Of a stretch of DNA of 64,000 bases, positions 56,630-64,000 are shown in pieces. A model generated the notes under the pieces. That model worked only from the letters and a program-made list of their open reading frames with translations. It ran no database searches and had not been told where the DNA came from. A program made the position numbers and the translations under genes. The stretch lies in the NCBI GenBank assembly GCA_012178725.1, contig GCA_012178725.1_3030.1. One strand, given 5' to 3'. This DNA is from a phage. Each line of letters starts with the position of its first letter. Position 1 is the stretch's first letter.

Positions 56630-56889
56630 TTAAAATATTCTCGCAGTTGGTCAAATCCACCAATATGACTTCCATCAGGAGCAAATACCTGAGGCATTGT
56701 CAAGCCGATTTGAGTATCACGACCTAGTTTAGTCAGAAGCTCAGCGATTTTCTCATCATCAAAAACACCTTTTTCCGGCATAATGTTGATAAATTCAAAC
56801 GGCTGTTTCTTCACGGTCAAAAGACGTTTTGCATTATCGCAATACACACATTTATGAATGTTGCTATCATAACCATATACTTTAAACAT
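56626..56889 (-). CDS. nrdC: Glutaredoxin/thioredoxin NrdC
   Basis: 87 aa; CVYC active site; matches remembered T4 NrdC start MFKVYGYDSNIHKCVYCDNAKRLL. Confidence 0.9.
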   Translation of the reverse strand: MFKVYGYDSNIHKCVYCDNAKRLLTVKKQPFEFINIMPEKGVFDDEKIAELLTKLGRDTQIGLTMPQVFAPDGSHIGGFDQLREYFK

Positions 56890-56890
56890 A

Positions 56891-57133
56891 TTATTCCTTA
56901 ATTCCTAGTACTTGTTTAAAAGTCTCGTCGTAATCAAGACTTTGGCCCGTTTGTTCTTTATGTTTGTATATAATATCACTTACTTCTGATAGCATATTTT
57001 TATATGAACGAGTTAAAGCAGATTTAAGCACGCTGTATCTATCAGGAAATTTACCATGTTCATTATAATAAGCTATTGCTAATTCACGGACTGCCTTTTC
57101 AGCAGCTTCCATATATTCTTTACGCTTGGTCAT
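56891..57133 (-). CDS. Hypothetical protein (nrdC.1-like)
   Basis: 80-aa ORF. Confidence 0.5.
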   Translation of the reverse strand: MTKRKEYMEAAEKAVRELAIAYYNEHGKFPDRYSVLKSALTRSYKNMLSEVSDIIYKHKEQTGQSLDYDETFKQVLGIKE

Positions 57134-57135
57134 TT

Positions 57136-57525
57136 TTAATCCAAAATATTATTAGGCATTGGTTGAACACTCACAAGTTCTTTAAAGAACTCAGTAGAGT
57201 CAGGCAATTTAACCATTTCCGGAGCATGCTTACTGAATTTATGTTTACATTGACGGCATTTATATTCAAGCTCTGGTTTACGCCAGTTAATCAATTGAAC
57301 TTGTTCAGTACCGCATTCAGGGCAATTAGGAACGTTTTTAGAAGCTCTTTCACGTCGTTCAACCATAGCCATAATAGCATCCCATGCTGGAGGTTTAAAA
57401 TCTAAATCGTCGCAGCCGTGAATCTTTCCACGCATTTCCATATCATCTTCCTCACCAGCCATAATAATTTTAATTAAACTGGAATTACTTGAAGCTGCAA
57501 TGTCTTCTAATAAACGCTTTTTCAT
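57136..57525 (-). CDS. Zinc-ribbon protein
   Basis: 129 aa; CPECGTEQ...CRQCKH four-cysteine ribbon. Confidence 0.5.
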   Translation of the reverse strand: MKKRLLEDIAASSNSSLIKIIMAGEEDDMEMRGKIHGCDDLDFKPPAWDAIMAMVERRERASKNVPNCPECGTEQVQLINWRKPELEYKCRQCKHKFSKHAPEMVKLPDSTEFFKELVSVQPMPNNILD

Positions 57526-58451
57526 TTCAATACCTCAATAGCATTACGTAAACCATTTGCTTTTGCATTAAGAGCTTTTAACAATTTGGTGTGTTCTGCA
57601 ATTTGGGCTTCAACTTCAATCAAACGGGCATTGAGATATTCGCGTTCTTCACTCAGATTATCAACCTTTTCTACTTTAGGCTCTTTTACAACTGTCTTAT
57701 ATGTATTAGGGTTCTTCAGTTTAATTAGAATGCGTGAACTGTATAACATTGAACCATTATCTTCGGTTTCGTCATACATTTCCACTACGTCCATAATTTT
57801 TAACATCATGCGGAGTTTATAAGACAACGAACAAATAGTTTTGTTGTGCTTATTAATTTCTTTAGCTGTCATGGTGCCAAGATTACGTGAGTAATAATAA
57901 GGAACCTGGATATTAATTAATACTGATGAACCACCTGGCTTGTGTGTTACTTCATCAGCAATAACCCAGTCCTTAACATGAACTGTATTTGTACGGTCAT
58001 CGCCCGCGGTAAATAGTTTGCGAGCATGCTTAAAAAGCATATTCACTTGGTCATTGAATTGACAAGCAAATTTATCAGCAAATTTAGTTTCAGGAATGGT
58101 AGATAACCAATCAGCCAAATGAGTCTTTTTAACATCGTTAACAATAGTAAATTCAACCAAATCGGTTATAGATGTCTCAGATTTAATAAAGCTCGGCTTC
58201 ATAAAGTTTTTAATGTTATCGTGAGCTACAGTAGAAGATAACATACGAGAACGTTTAAACCATTCAAGCAAATTACCTAACGAATGAGAATAAGCGTTTT
58301 GAGTATCTTTACAGATATGATTTTCCTGGCCAACATATTGAAGGAAATCACGAAGAATATTATTGATTACTGCTCTGTGTCCGATCTGATAATTACGATG
58401 TTTAGTAATAAGACTGTCAAAATAATCAATATAATGTTTACGAGTTTTCAT
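57522..58451 (-). CDS. Member A of tandem paralog family with C-terminal coiled coil
   Basis: 309 aa; shared motifs with next three ORFs (see findings). Confidence 0.55.
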   Translation of the reverse strand: MKTRKHYIDYFDSLITKHRNYQIGHRAVINNILRDFLQYVGQENHICKDTQNAYSHSLGNLLEWFKRSRMLSSTVAHDNIKNFMKPSFIKSETSITDLVEFTIVNDVKKTHLADWLSTIPETKFADKFACQFNDQVNMLFKHARKLFTAGDDRTNTVHVKDWVIADEVTHKPGGSSVLINIQVPYYYSRNLGTMTAKEINKHNKTICSLSYKLRMMLKIMDVVEMYDETEDNGSMLYSSRILIKLKNPNTYKTVVKEPKVEKVDNLSEEREYLNARLIEVEAQIAEHTKLLKALNAKANGLRNAIEVLK

Positions 58452-58505
58452 GTTCTTCTCACTTGGTTAATGATTTATACTCCGAGCCATCCTTGGCTTT
58501 AAATT

Positions 58506-59537
58506 TTACTTAATTAACTGTAAAGCCTGTTCTAAACGATCAAGACGATTAACAGATTCTTCCCAAATCCTTTTAGCCTGCTCATATTCTTTCTGCGCTT
58601 TATTAGAAATTTCTAGAACTTCTTTATAAGCTTTTTCTAATGCAATAACTTCTGGACGAATTTCTATCGGTTCAGGCGAATCGTCAAGATTATCCATTAG
58701 TTCCTCAAGGGTAGTTTCTTCTTTAGGAGTATTCACAATTTCATCACATTTTTGTTGGTAAATTTCTTTATCAGTAGGTGAATAAGCACATTTCACTTCA
58801 CGAAGACTAATTACAATTTTATATCCTTCCCAGCCGCATATATTCTTAAAAGGATATGTATGAATATTTTCTACTGTTTCCATACAAAGTAATGCGGTCT
58901 CTAATTGACGAGTTATAGTGCTAGCAATTGAGAAAAATTTATTAATATTCTTTTGGTTAGTTTCTGGTGTAAAAAATCCATAATTCACAAAAATAGATAC
59001 TTTATTTTTATCAAGTTCATATTCTTTTATGATAATCATGTCAGAAGCCAAAGGATGAATTTGACGATAATCGCCATAACATAATTTAGAAGCTGATTTT
59101 AGAATTTGCTTCTTAAAAAGTCTGAAATTACTAATCCAACGACGAGTAAAAATATTCTCAGGGTCTTCTTTGACATTAAGATGATAAGAATTAACATCAC
59201 CGAACCAATTATATCCTACTACATCTTTGGTTCGTTTAATTTCTTTCCCAAAATTACCAAGAATATCCCGATTAACCAAATATGAAAGAAGACGAGACTC
59301 TTTAAAAGTTTTTTTGATAACATCTTTATCTACACGGCTAGAAATTTTACGAATTTCATGAATAAATTTAGTAGAAGAAACAATACTTGCATCAACACTA
59401 TTGAGCCATTGATTGATAATAGAAAGAACGATATTTTGACCAAACATCGGTATAGCTTTATCATCAATAACGCTGTTGAACGATTTAATATATTCGTTGC
59501 GAGTCATATTAATTTCCTCAGTAGAAAGTAAGAACAT
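58506..59537 (-). CDS. Member B of tandem paralog family with C-terminal coiled coil
   Basis: 343 aa; shared motifs. Confidence 0.55.
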   Translation of the reverse strand: MFLLSTEEINMTRNEYIKSFNSVIDDKAIPMFGQNIVLSIINQWLNSVDASIVSSTKFIHEIRKISSRVDKDVIKKTFKESRLLSYLVNRDILGNFGKEIKRTKDVVGYNWFGDVNSYHLNVKEDPENIFTRRWISNFRLFKKQILKSASKLCYGDYRQIHPLASDMIIIKEYELDKNKVSIFVNYGFFTPETNQKNINKFFSIASTITRQLETALLCMETVENIHTYPFKNICGWEGYKIVISLREVKCAYSPTDKEIYQQKCDEIVNTPKEETTLEELMDNLDDSPEPIEIRPEVIALEKAYKEVLEISNKAQKEYEQAKRIWEESVNRLDRLEQALQLIK

Positions 59538-59564
59538 TATACCACATCCTTGTGGCGAAGTAAA

Positions 59565-60584
59565 CTAGTTTAGTGCATTTAGTGCGTTGTTCAGTTTAGA
59601 ACGTTGCTTCGTGAGATTTTTGACTTTTTCTTGTGCTTTTTCTAGCATCTTTTCAGCTTCTAACACTTCATTGGTCGCTTTAACGAGTTCATCATCTACT
59701 GCCTTAAGAGACTTCTCAATCGCATCCGCGTGCCATTTTTCAACAGGTTTAAGACTCGGATTTTCAATAGGAAGAAAATTCACTTTATTGAATTTCCATG
59801 CATCTTTATTGCCTGAACTATACATCCAAAATTTAGAATCGTTTGATGAGTAATTAGATAAATTTAAGTTATCTTGCACTTCTTGCTTTTTCTCTTGCGG
59901 GACTTCGTCCTTTCTCAAAAAATCGTATTTAAATGAAACGACCATATCAAGTTCATATGTTGTTGTATGTTCCCAATTTCGCTCAAAACGAGGTAAAATC
60001 TTAGAATGAACAGCGGCAACAACATCCATATACTTAAATGCTTCTGTCAACTGCGATTTAAGGCATTCGCAAATTGAAAGAGAATTTTTTGTATTAGGTT
60101 TAAAGCTAATTCGTGCAGTTCTATTATTTTCTTTTAATGGTCTTACTTCCATCTGAAGAGTATAACCATCAAATTTCAAATTCTTTAAGTTAATATCAGA
60201 GCCTTTTAATCGACTAGCAGTAGACAAAATTTGCTTTAATTGTTTACGGAATAGAGCAATAAATCTCCATTCAAGACGATAATGATTTGGATTGAAAAAT
60301 CCAGATGATAAATCGACCTTACTTTGACCAACGCCTTGAACAAATAGAGGATTTTTATAATCAATAGTTTTACAGAAATCGGTGAGCTGCTCACGAGCAG
60401 TCATTTGTGTAATATACCCCGCTTTACTAAAATGACGTAACCATTCACTGCTATTCATATATTTAAAGTGAATATCACGATTAACTTTATCAGGGTCTAA
60501 ATTATTTTGGCACAAAAATGTCATAACATCACGAGTATAGCTGGCATTACGAATCATATCTTCAATTTGAGAACGAGTTTTCAT
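59565..60584 (-). CDS. Member C of tandem paralog family with C-terminal coiled coil
   Basis: 339 aa; shared motifs. Confidence 0.55.
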   Translation of the reverse strand: MKTRSQIEDMIRNASYTRDVMTFLCQNNLDPDKVNRDIHFKYMNSSEWLRHFSKAGYITQMTAREQLTDFCKTIDYKNPLFVQGVGQSKVDLSSGFFNPNHYRLEWRFIALFRKQLKQILSTASRLKGSDINLKNLKFDGYTLQMEVRPLKENNRTARISFKPNTKNSLSICECLKSQLTEAFKYMDVVAAVHSKILPRFERNWEHTTTYELDMVVSFKYDFLRKDEVPQEKKQEVQDNLNLSNYSSNDSKFWMYSSGNKDAWKFNKVNFLPIENPSLKPVEKWHADAIEKSLKAVDDELVKATNEVLEAEKMLEKAQEKVKNLTKQRSKLNNALNALN

Positions 60585-60592
60585 GGTGTTCC

Positions 60593-61495
60593 TTAAGATT
60601 TAAGTAAATCAACAATTTTAATTAACTTTTCACGCTCAGATTTAGCTTTACTACTCAATCCAGATAGTCTAAAAATTTCATCATCATATTGTTGAATAGA
60701 AATATTCAGCTCTTCAATCTGTTTATTAAAATAATCAATTTGTTCAGAATGTTTTTCGTTACTACGAACTGGTACAGGTTTTGTAGGCAATTTAGTTGAA
60801 CTGGATTCATCCGGGCGATAAATTAAAATACAACTTGAACCAATAGGGCATTTTGCACCAGATGAATATTCTAATGTTCCAGCTTCTTTTAAAACTTCAA
60901 AAGCTAAACAGAGATGATGCCCCATATTAACATAATCTGTAGAGTGAGCTCTGATGTAATAATCATCGCCGCGAATACTAAATTTAAAGCATTTAAGGTC
61001 TTCTGTATTATTGGTCTTAAAAATCATTTGTTTATCTAGACCTTTAGCTAATCGAGCGCCTAATGCTAATAATCGTCGTTGATTTTCCCACAAATCTGCG
61101 ATCATTTGGTCAAATGATAATTTCGGCATTAGTCGACCATAAAGGTCATATCCTTTATTATAATTGCGAAGGATTTCACTCGCGTTAATACGAGACAATG
61201 CTCCAATTTTATTAAGGGCTTTCATAATGCGATTAGATAAACCCATTCCAGACCCATTTGTTCGTTGTAAATGTTTTTCTAATCCAAATCCAATATCAAC
61301 TTTAAATTTATCTAAAATTTCAGCATGAACATCTCTGTCAATAACATTCAAATCCAAAGTTGGGTTAAATCTATGAAAAAATTTATCTGGCTCTCCACGA
61401 CGAAGTACAGTCCATTCATTTAATTTTTTATTAACTAAAGATTTAATTACTGCATTGACATTATTAATTACTACTGACATATTTTTCTCACTCAA
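60593..61495 (-). CDS. Member D of tandem paralog family with C-terminal coiled coil
   Basis: 300 aa; shared motifs. Confidence 0.5.
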   Translation of the reverse strand: MSEKNMSVVINNVNAVIKSLVNKKLNEWTVLRRGEPDKFFHRFNPTLDLNVIDRDVHAEILDKFKVDIGFGLEKHLQRTNGSGMGLSNRIMKALNKIGALSRINASEILRNYNKGYDLYGRLMPKLSFDQMIADLWENQRRLLALGARLAKGLDKQMIFKTNNTEDLKCFKFSIRGDDYYIRAHSTDYVNMGHHLCLAFEVLKEAGTLEYSSGAKCPIGSSCILIYRPDESSSTKLPTKPVPVRSNEKHSEQIDYFNKQIEELNISIQQYDDEIFRLSGLSSKAKSEREKLIKIVDLLKS

Positions 61496-61896
61496 TTTTC
61501 AATTTTACTAAATACACAGAATATGATGGAAAAGACTATATAAGCACCGCATACAGATTGAACTAATACCATTCCAAAGAACCAAACAATATTATCAAAC
61601 AATGTCTGTTTTACGTCGAAAGGACGTAAACTTACAGTAATATTATCGCCTTTTTCTATTGATGAATACATCTCTGGTGAAATATATTCGCTAAATCTAT
61701 AACCATCATTCAGCTCATATACAGCAATAAACGATAAACTAGACCCCTTTCCTTGTGTTCCTGTAAAGGTATTAACCACAGTAACATCATAATCTTTATA
61801 ATGCATATAATCATTAATTGCGTAATAACCATATGCAATTACTATACATAAACAACATATCAATAAATTCAATCTTTTAATTATCAACTGTTTCAT
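61492..61896 (-). CDS. Membrane protein with two TM segments
   Basis: 134 aa; hydrophobic N- and C-terminal segments. Confidence 0.5.
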   Translation of the reverse strand: MKQLIIKRLNLLICCLCIVIAYGYYAINDYMHYKDYDVTVVNTFTGTQGKGSSLSFIAVYELNDGYRFSEYISPEMYSSIEKGDNITVSLRPFDVKQTLFDNIVWFFGMVLVQSVCGAYIVFSIIFCVFSKIEN

Positions 61897-61951
61897 AATA
61901 ATCTCAATTAAAAGGGCTTAGAACCATTATACCATCCTTGGTATAAAGCGG

Positions 61952-62479
61952 TTATGCGAGTACCGTCTTTAACCGTTCTTCAAACTTCCGAAGAGTATTC
62001 TGGCGTTCAGCTCTTTGCTTTTTGTAAGTTTCAATACGCTCTGAAATGAGAGTGTATCGTTCATTTACTGATTCTTTCATAAAATCAGGAATTTCACGAG
62101 AAGCTTTAATCTCATCAAATTTATCAATAACAGCTTGCTCTTCAGCAATTAAGTTATCATACATCAAAATATCTTTCTTGATGAACTCAATATCTTCTTG
62201 AGTTACACGAGATAACTTAGATGCTTTATCCTTTTTGTACTGTTCGTTAGTATCACGAGACCAGTGTAATGTACGATTTTTATTCGTATTTTTGTAAATT
62301 TCTACAATACCAATCTCATCGATGATAACAATCCAATTCCAACGAGATTTATAAATTTGTCCTCCATCAACCGTGATTTCATCTCCAATTGAGATGTCAT
62401 TAAAGAACTTGCTTTGTGCTTCAGATTTAAATTTACCATCGTTGTAATTTACCAAGTTGAAAATATCTTTAGCATTCAT
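61952..62479 (-). CDS. Hypothetical protein
   Basis: 175-aa ORF; GGAGGAAC SD and early-promoter cassette upstream. Confidence 0.5.
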   Translation of the reverse strand: MNAKDIFNLVNYNDGKFKSEAQSKFFNDISIGDEITVDGGQIYKSRWNWIVIIDEIGIVEIYKNTNKNRTLHWSRDTNEQYKKDKASKLSRVTQEDIEFIKKDILMYDNLIAEEQAVIDKFDEIKASREIPDFMKESVNERYTLISERIETYKKQRAERQNTLRKFEERLKTVLA

Positions 62480-62484
62480 TTTCT

Positions 62485-62537
62485 GTTCCTCCGTAGTTGA
62501 TAGTTGTATAGTACCACAGAGGAACAGTCTTGTAAAC
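62485..62537 (-). promoter_or_regulatory. Early-promoter cassette with SD-complementary spacer
   Basis: Near-identical to the 36356..36408 cassette. Confidence 0.55.
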
Positions 62538-62539
62538 CG

Positions 62540-62854
62540 CTAAAAGAAACTTCTTTCACAATTTTTTCCACTGAACCACGCGCTCACTGCTTTCTTAGTC
62601 TCAGGAGCAGTGTTATCCATAAACCATTCAAAGGCAGCCTTTTTATGATTCTGGAGGGCTTCTCGGGCTTTAATCTGCTCACGGTCTATTAACACTAACA
62701 TATGAGCCTTTCTTGTCACCAAGGGCTTCTTATGATTTTTTGAATACTCCCAGTCATTTGTCCATCGCATTGTCGTTGCAAATTGAAATACAGCTTCTTT
62801 AATTTTAGTTTCGTAAATTTCACGAGCCTTTGAGTATAACATCATTACCTCCAT
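62540..62854 (-). CDS. Hypothetical protein
   Basis: 104-aa ORF. Confidence 0.5.
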   Translation of the reverse strand: MEVMMLYSKAREIYETKIKEAVFQFATTMRWTNDWEYSKNHKKPLVTRKAHMLVLIDREQIKAREALQNHKKAAFEWFMDNTAPETKKAVSAWFSGKNCERSFF

Positions 62855-62943
62855 TTACCAGTTTAATTCTAGTCATCTTTTTGATGGCAGTCCATATAAT
62901 CTATTTCTGAACTGCCTTTTTGTCATAGAAGGCCTCTTATGAA

Positions 62944-63924
62944 TTATTTCAGAAGAGTAACCTCAGCAATTTCTTCCCAACCATTTTTGTCGGTCATAAT
63001 AAAGTCAGCAAGATAAAGAGCAGTACGCAGTGAAACATTGCGTAAACGATTAACATTGACTTTCATCCATGATAATGCTTTATAAGTTTCTTCATCAGAA
63101 AGACCGCGCTTTTGCATCATGTCAGTTGAAAGAATAACATCTTCAACCCTGACCATAATTTCTTCATTAGTGTGAACACCCAAATCCAAATAAACTGAGC
63201 GGGACACTAATGCTTGTAAATGTGGAGCAAGTTTAGTACCACGGTCTAATTCGCGGTCAATGTCAACGTTTGTGATAAAAACAATCGTTCCTTTAAATTC
63301 AAACTCACGCTCAATGCCTTTTTCTTCTAAGTAAGAAGATGCGGTGCTCCAGCAGACTTTACGGGTCTCTCCAGTGTCCAGAGCAGCTTTCAGAAGATTA
63401 AGAATGTCCATATCAGAGAAAACATCCACATCATCAATCAAAAGGACAGAATTCTCTTCACGATTATTCCAAAGCTGCTCATAAAGACCAATACCAGAGA
63501 TTTTACCATTAATGCTTTTATATTCAATGTATCCAATATCATTTGCTTTATTTAAAGCTTTATCTAAAGAATACGTTTTACCAATACCTGCTGCACCAGA
63601 GATAATTAATGAACGAATGTTTCCGTTAATAATACCATTCGTCATCATTCCCATAACATTAAATCTTTTATTAATGCGGGTTTTCATATCTTCATACGAT
63701 TCTTTAACTTCTTCAACTTTTACACCATCATATGAAATGTCTGATTTGTAAACCCAAACACCGCGACGTTTACCGTCAATTTCAACAAAAACTTTACCAT
63801 CTCCTTGTGCATCTACCGGAGCATTATCTGGGAACCATTCGCCTAAGAGCTCAAAAGTTCCAGAGATTTCTTTACCGAAGTAGATACCCTTATTGATAGT
63901 TACAGTTTTCATTTTATTCTCCAA
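62944..63924 (-). CDS. AAA-type ATPase (nrdC.10-like)
   Basis: 326 aa; Walker A GAAGIGKT, Walker B LLIDDVD; early promoter upstream. Confidence 0.6.
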   Translation of the reverse strand: MENKMKTVTINKGIYFGKEISGTFELLGEWFPDNAPVDAQGDGKVFVEIDGKRRGVWVYKSDISYDGVKVEEVKESYEDMKTRINKRFNVMGMMTNGIINGNIRSLIISGAAGIGKTYSLDKALNKANDIGYIEYKSINGKISGIGLYEQLWNNREENSVLLIDDVDVFSDMDILNLLKAALDTGETRKVCWSTASSYLEEKGIEREFEFKGTIVFITNVDIDRELDRGTKLAPHLQALVSRSVYLDLGVHTNEEIMVRVEDVILSTDMMQKRGLSDEETYKALSWMKVNVNRLRNVSLRTALYLADFIMTDKNGWEEIAEVTLLK

Positions 63925-63939
63925 ATCCGTATCAGTTGA

Positions 63940-63976
63940 TAGTTGTATAGTACCATAAAGCTTTATGCTTGTAAAC
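63940..63976 (-). promoter_or_regulatory. Early promoter with palindromic spacer
   Basis: GTTTAC AAGCATAAAGCTTTATGG TACTATACAACTATCAACTGATACGGATTTGGAGAATAAA ATG; spacer holds 14-bp palindrome CATAAAGCTTTATG. Confidence 0.5.
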
Positions 63977-64000
63977 AGTTTTGTGAAAAATTTTTGAAAT

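Noticed and set aside
1-64000. tRNA genes, CRISPR arrays, rRNA
   Set aside because: No spaced direct-repeat arrays and no recognisable tRNA cloverleaf regions seen by eye; the T4 tRNA cluster lies elsewhere in T-even genomes. Not verifiable without a covariance-model scan.

Overview
This window is a T-even (T4-like, Tequatrovirus-type) phage genome segment, read from sequence and from remembered T4 gene order and protein sequences; no database search was run. It begins inside the distal long-tail-fibre gene 37 and continues on the plus strand through a glycine-rich gp38-type adhesin and holin t. It then switches to a long minus-strand early/middle region in T4 order: asiA, arn, motA, 52, ac, stp, ndd, denB, rIIB, rIIA, 39, motB, dexA, dda, srd-like, modA, modB, soc, 56, 61, sp, tifA, dmd, 41, 40, uvsX, a glycosyltransferase, 42, imm, 43, regA, 62, 44, 45, rpbA, 46, an HNH endonuclease, 47, alpha-gt, 55, nrdH-like, nrdG, nrdD, 49, nrdC and an nrdC-distal cluster. 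Differences from T4 include an uninterrupted 606-aa gene 39, an intron-less nrdD, no dam gene between 56 and 61, and a DxD-type glycosyltransferase at the beta-gt position. Structure not explained by the gene calls: a repeated early-promoter cassette whose spacer is complementary to the downstream Shine-Dalgarno, a 46-bp near-exact repeat at the 3' ends of two adjacent paralogous genes, a tandem four-gene paralog family with coiled-coil tails, and an HNH endonuclease that shares a ~37-bp start region with its neighbour. No tRNA, rRNA or CRISPR was recognised. Track ORF coordinates are taken as given (the track uses GTG/TTG starts); coordinates for sub-60-aa ORFs and regulatory sites come from my own reading and may be off by a few bases.
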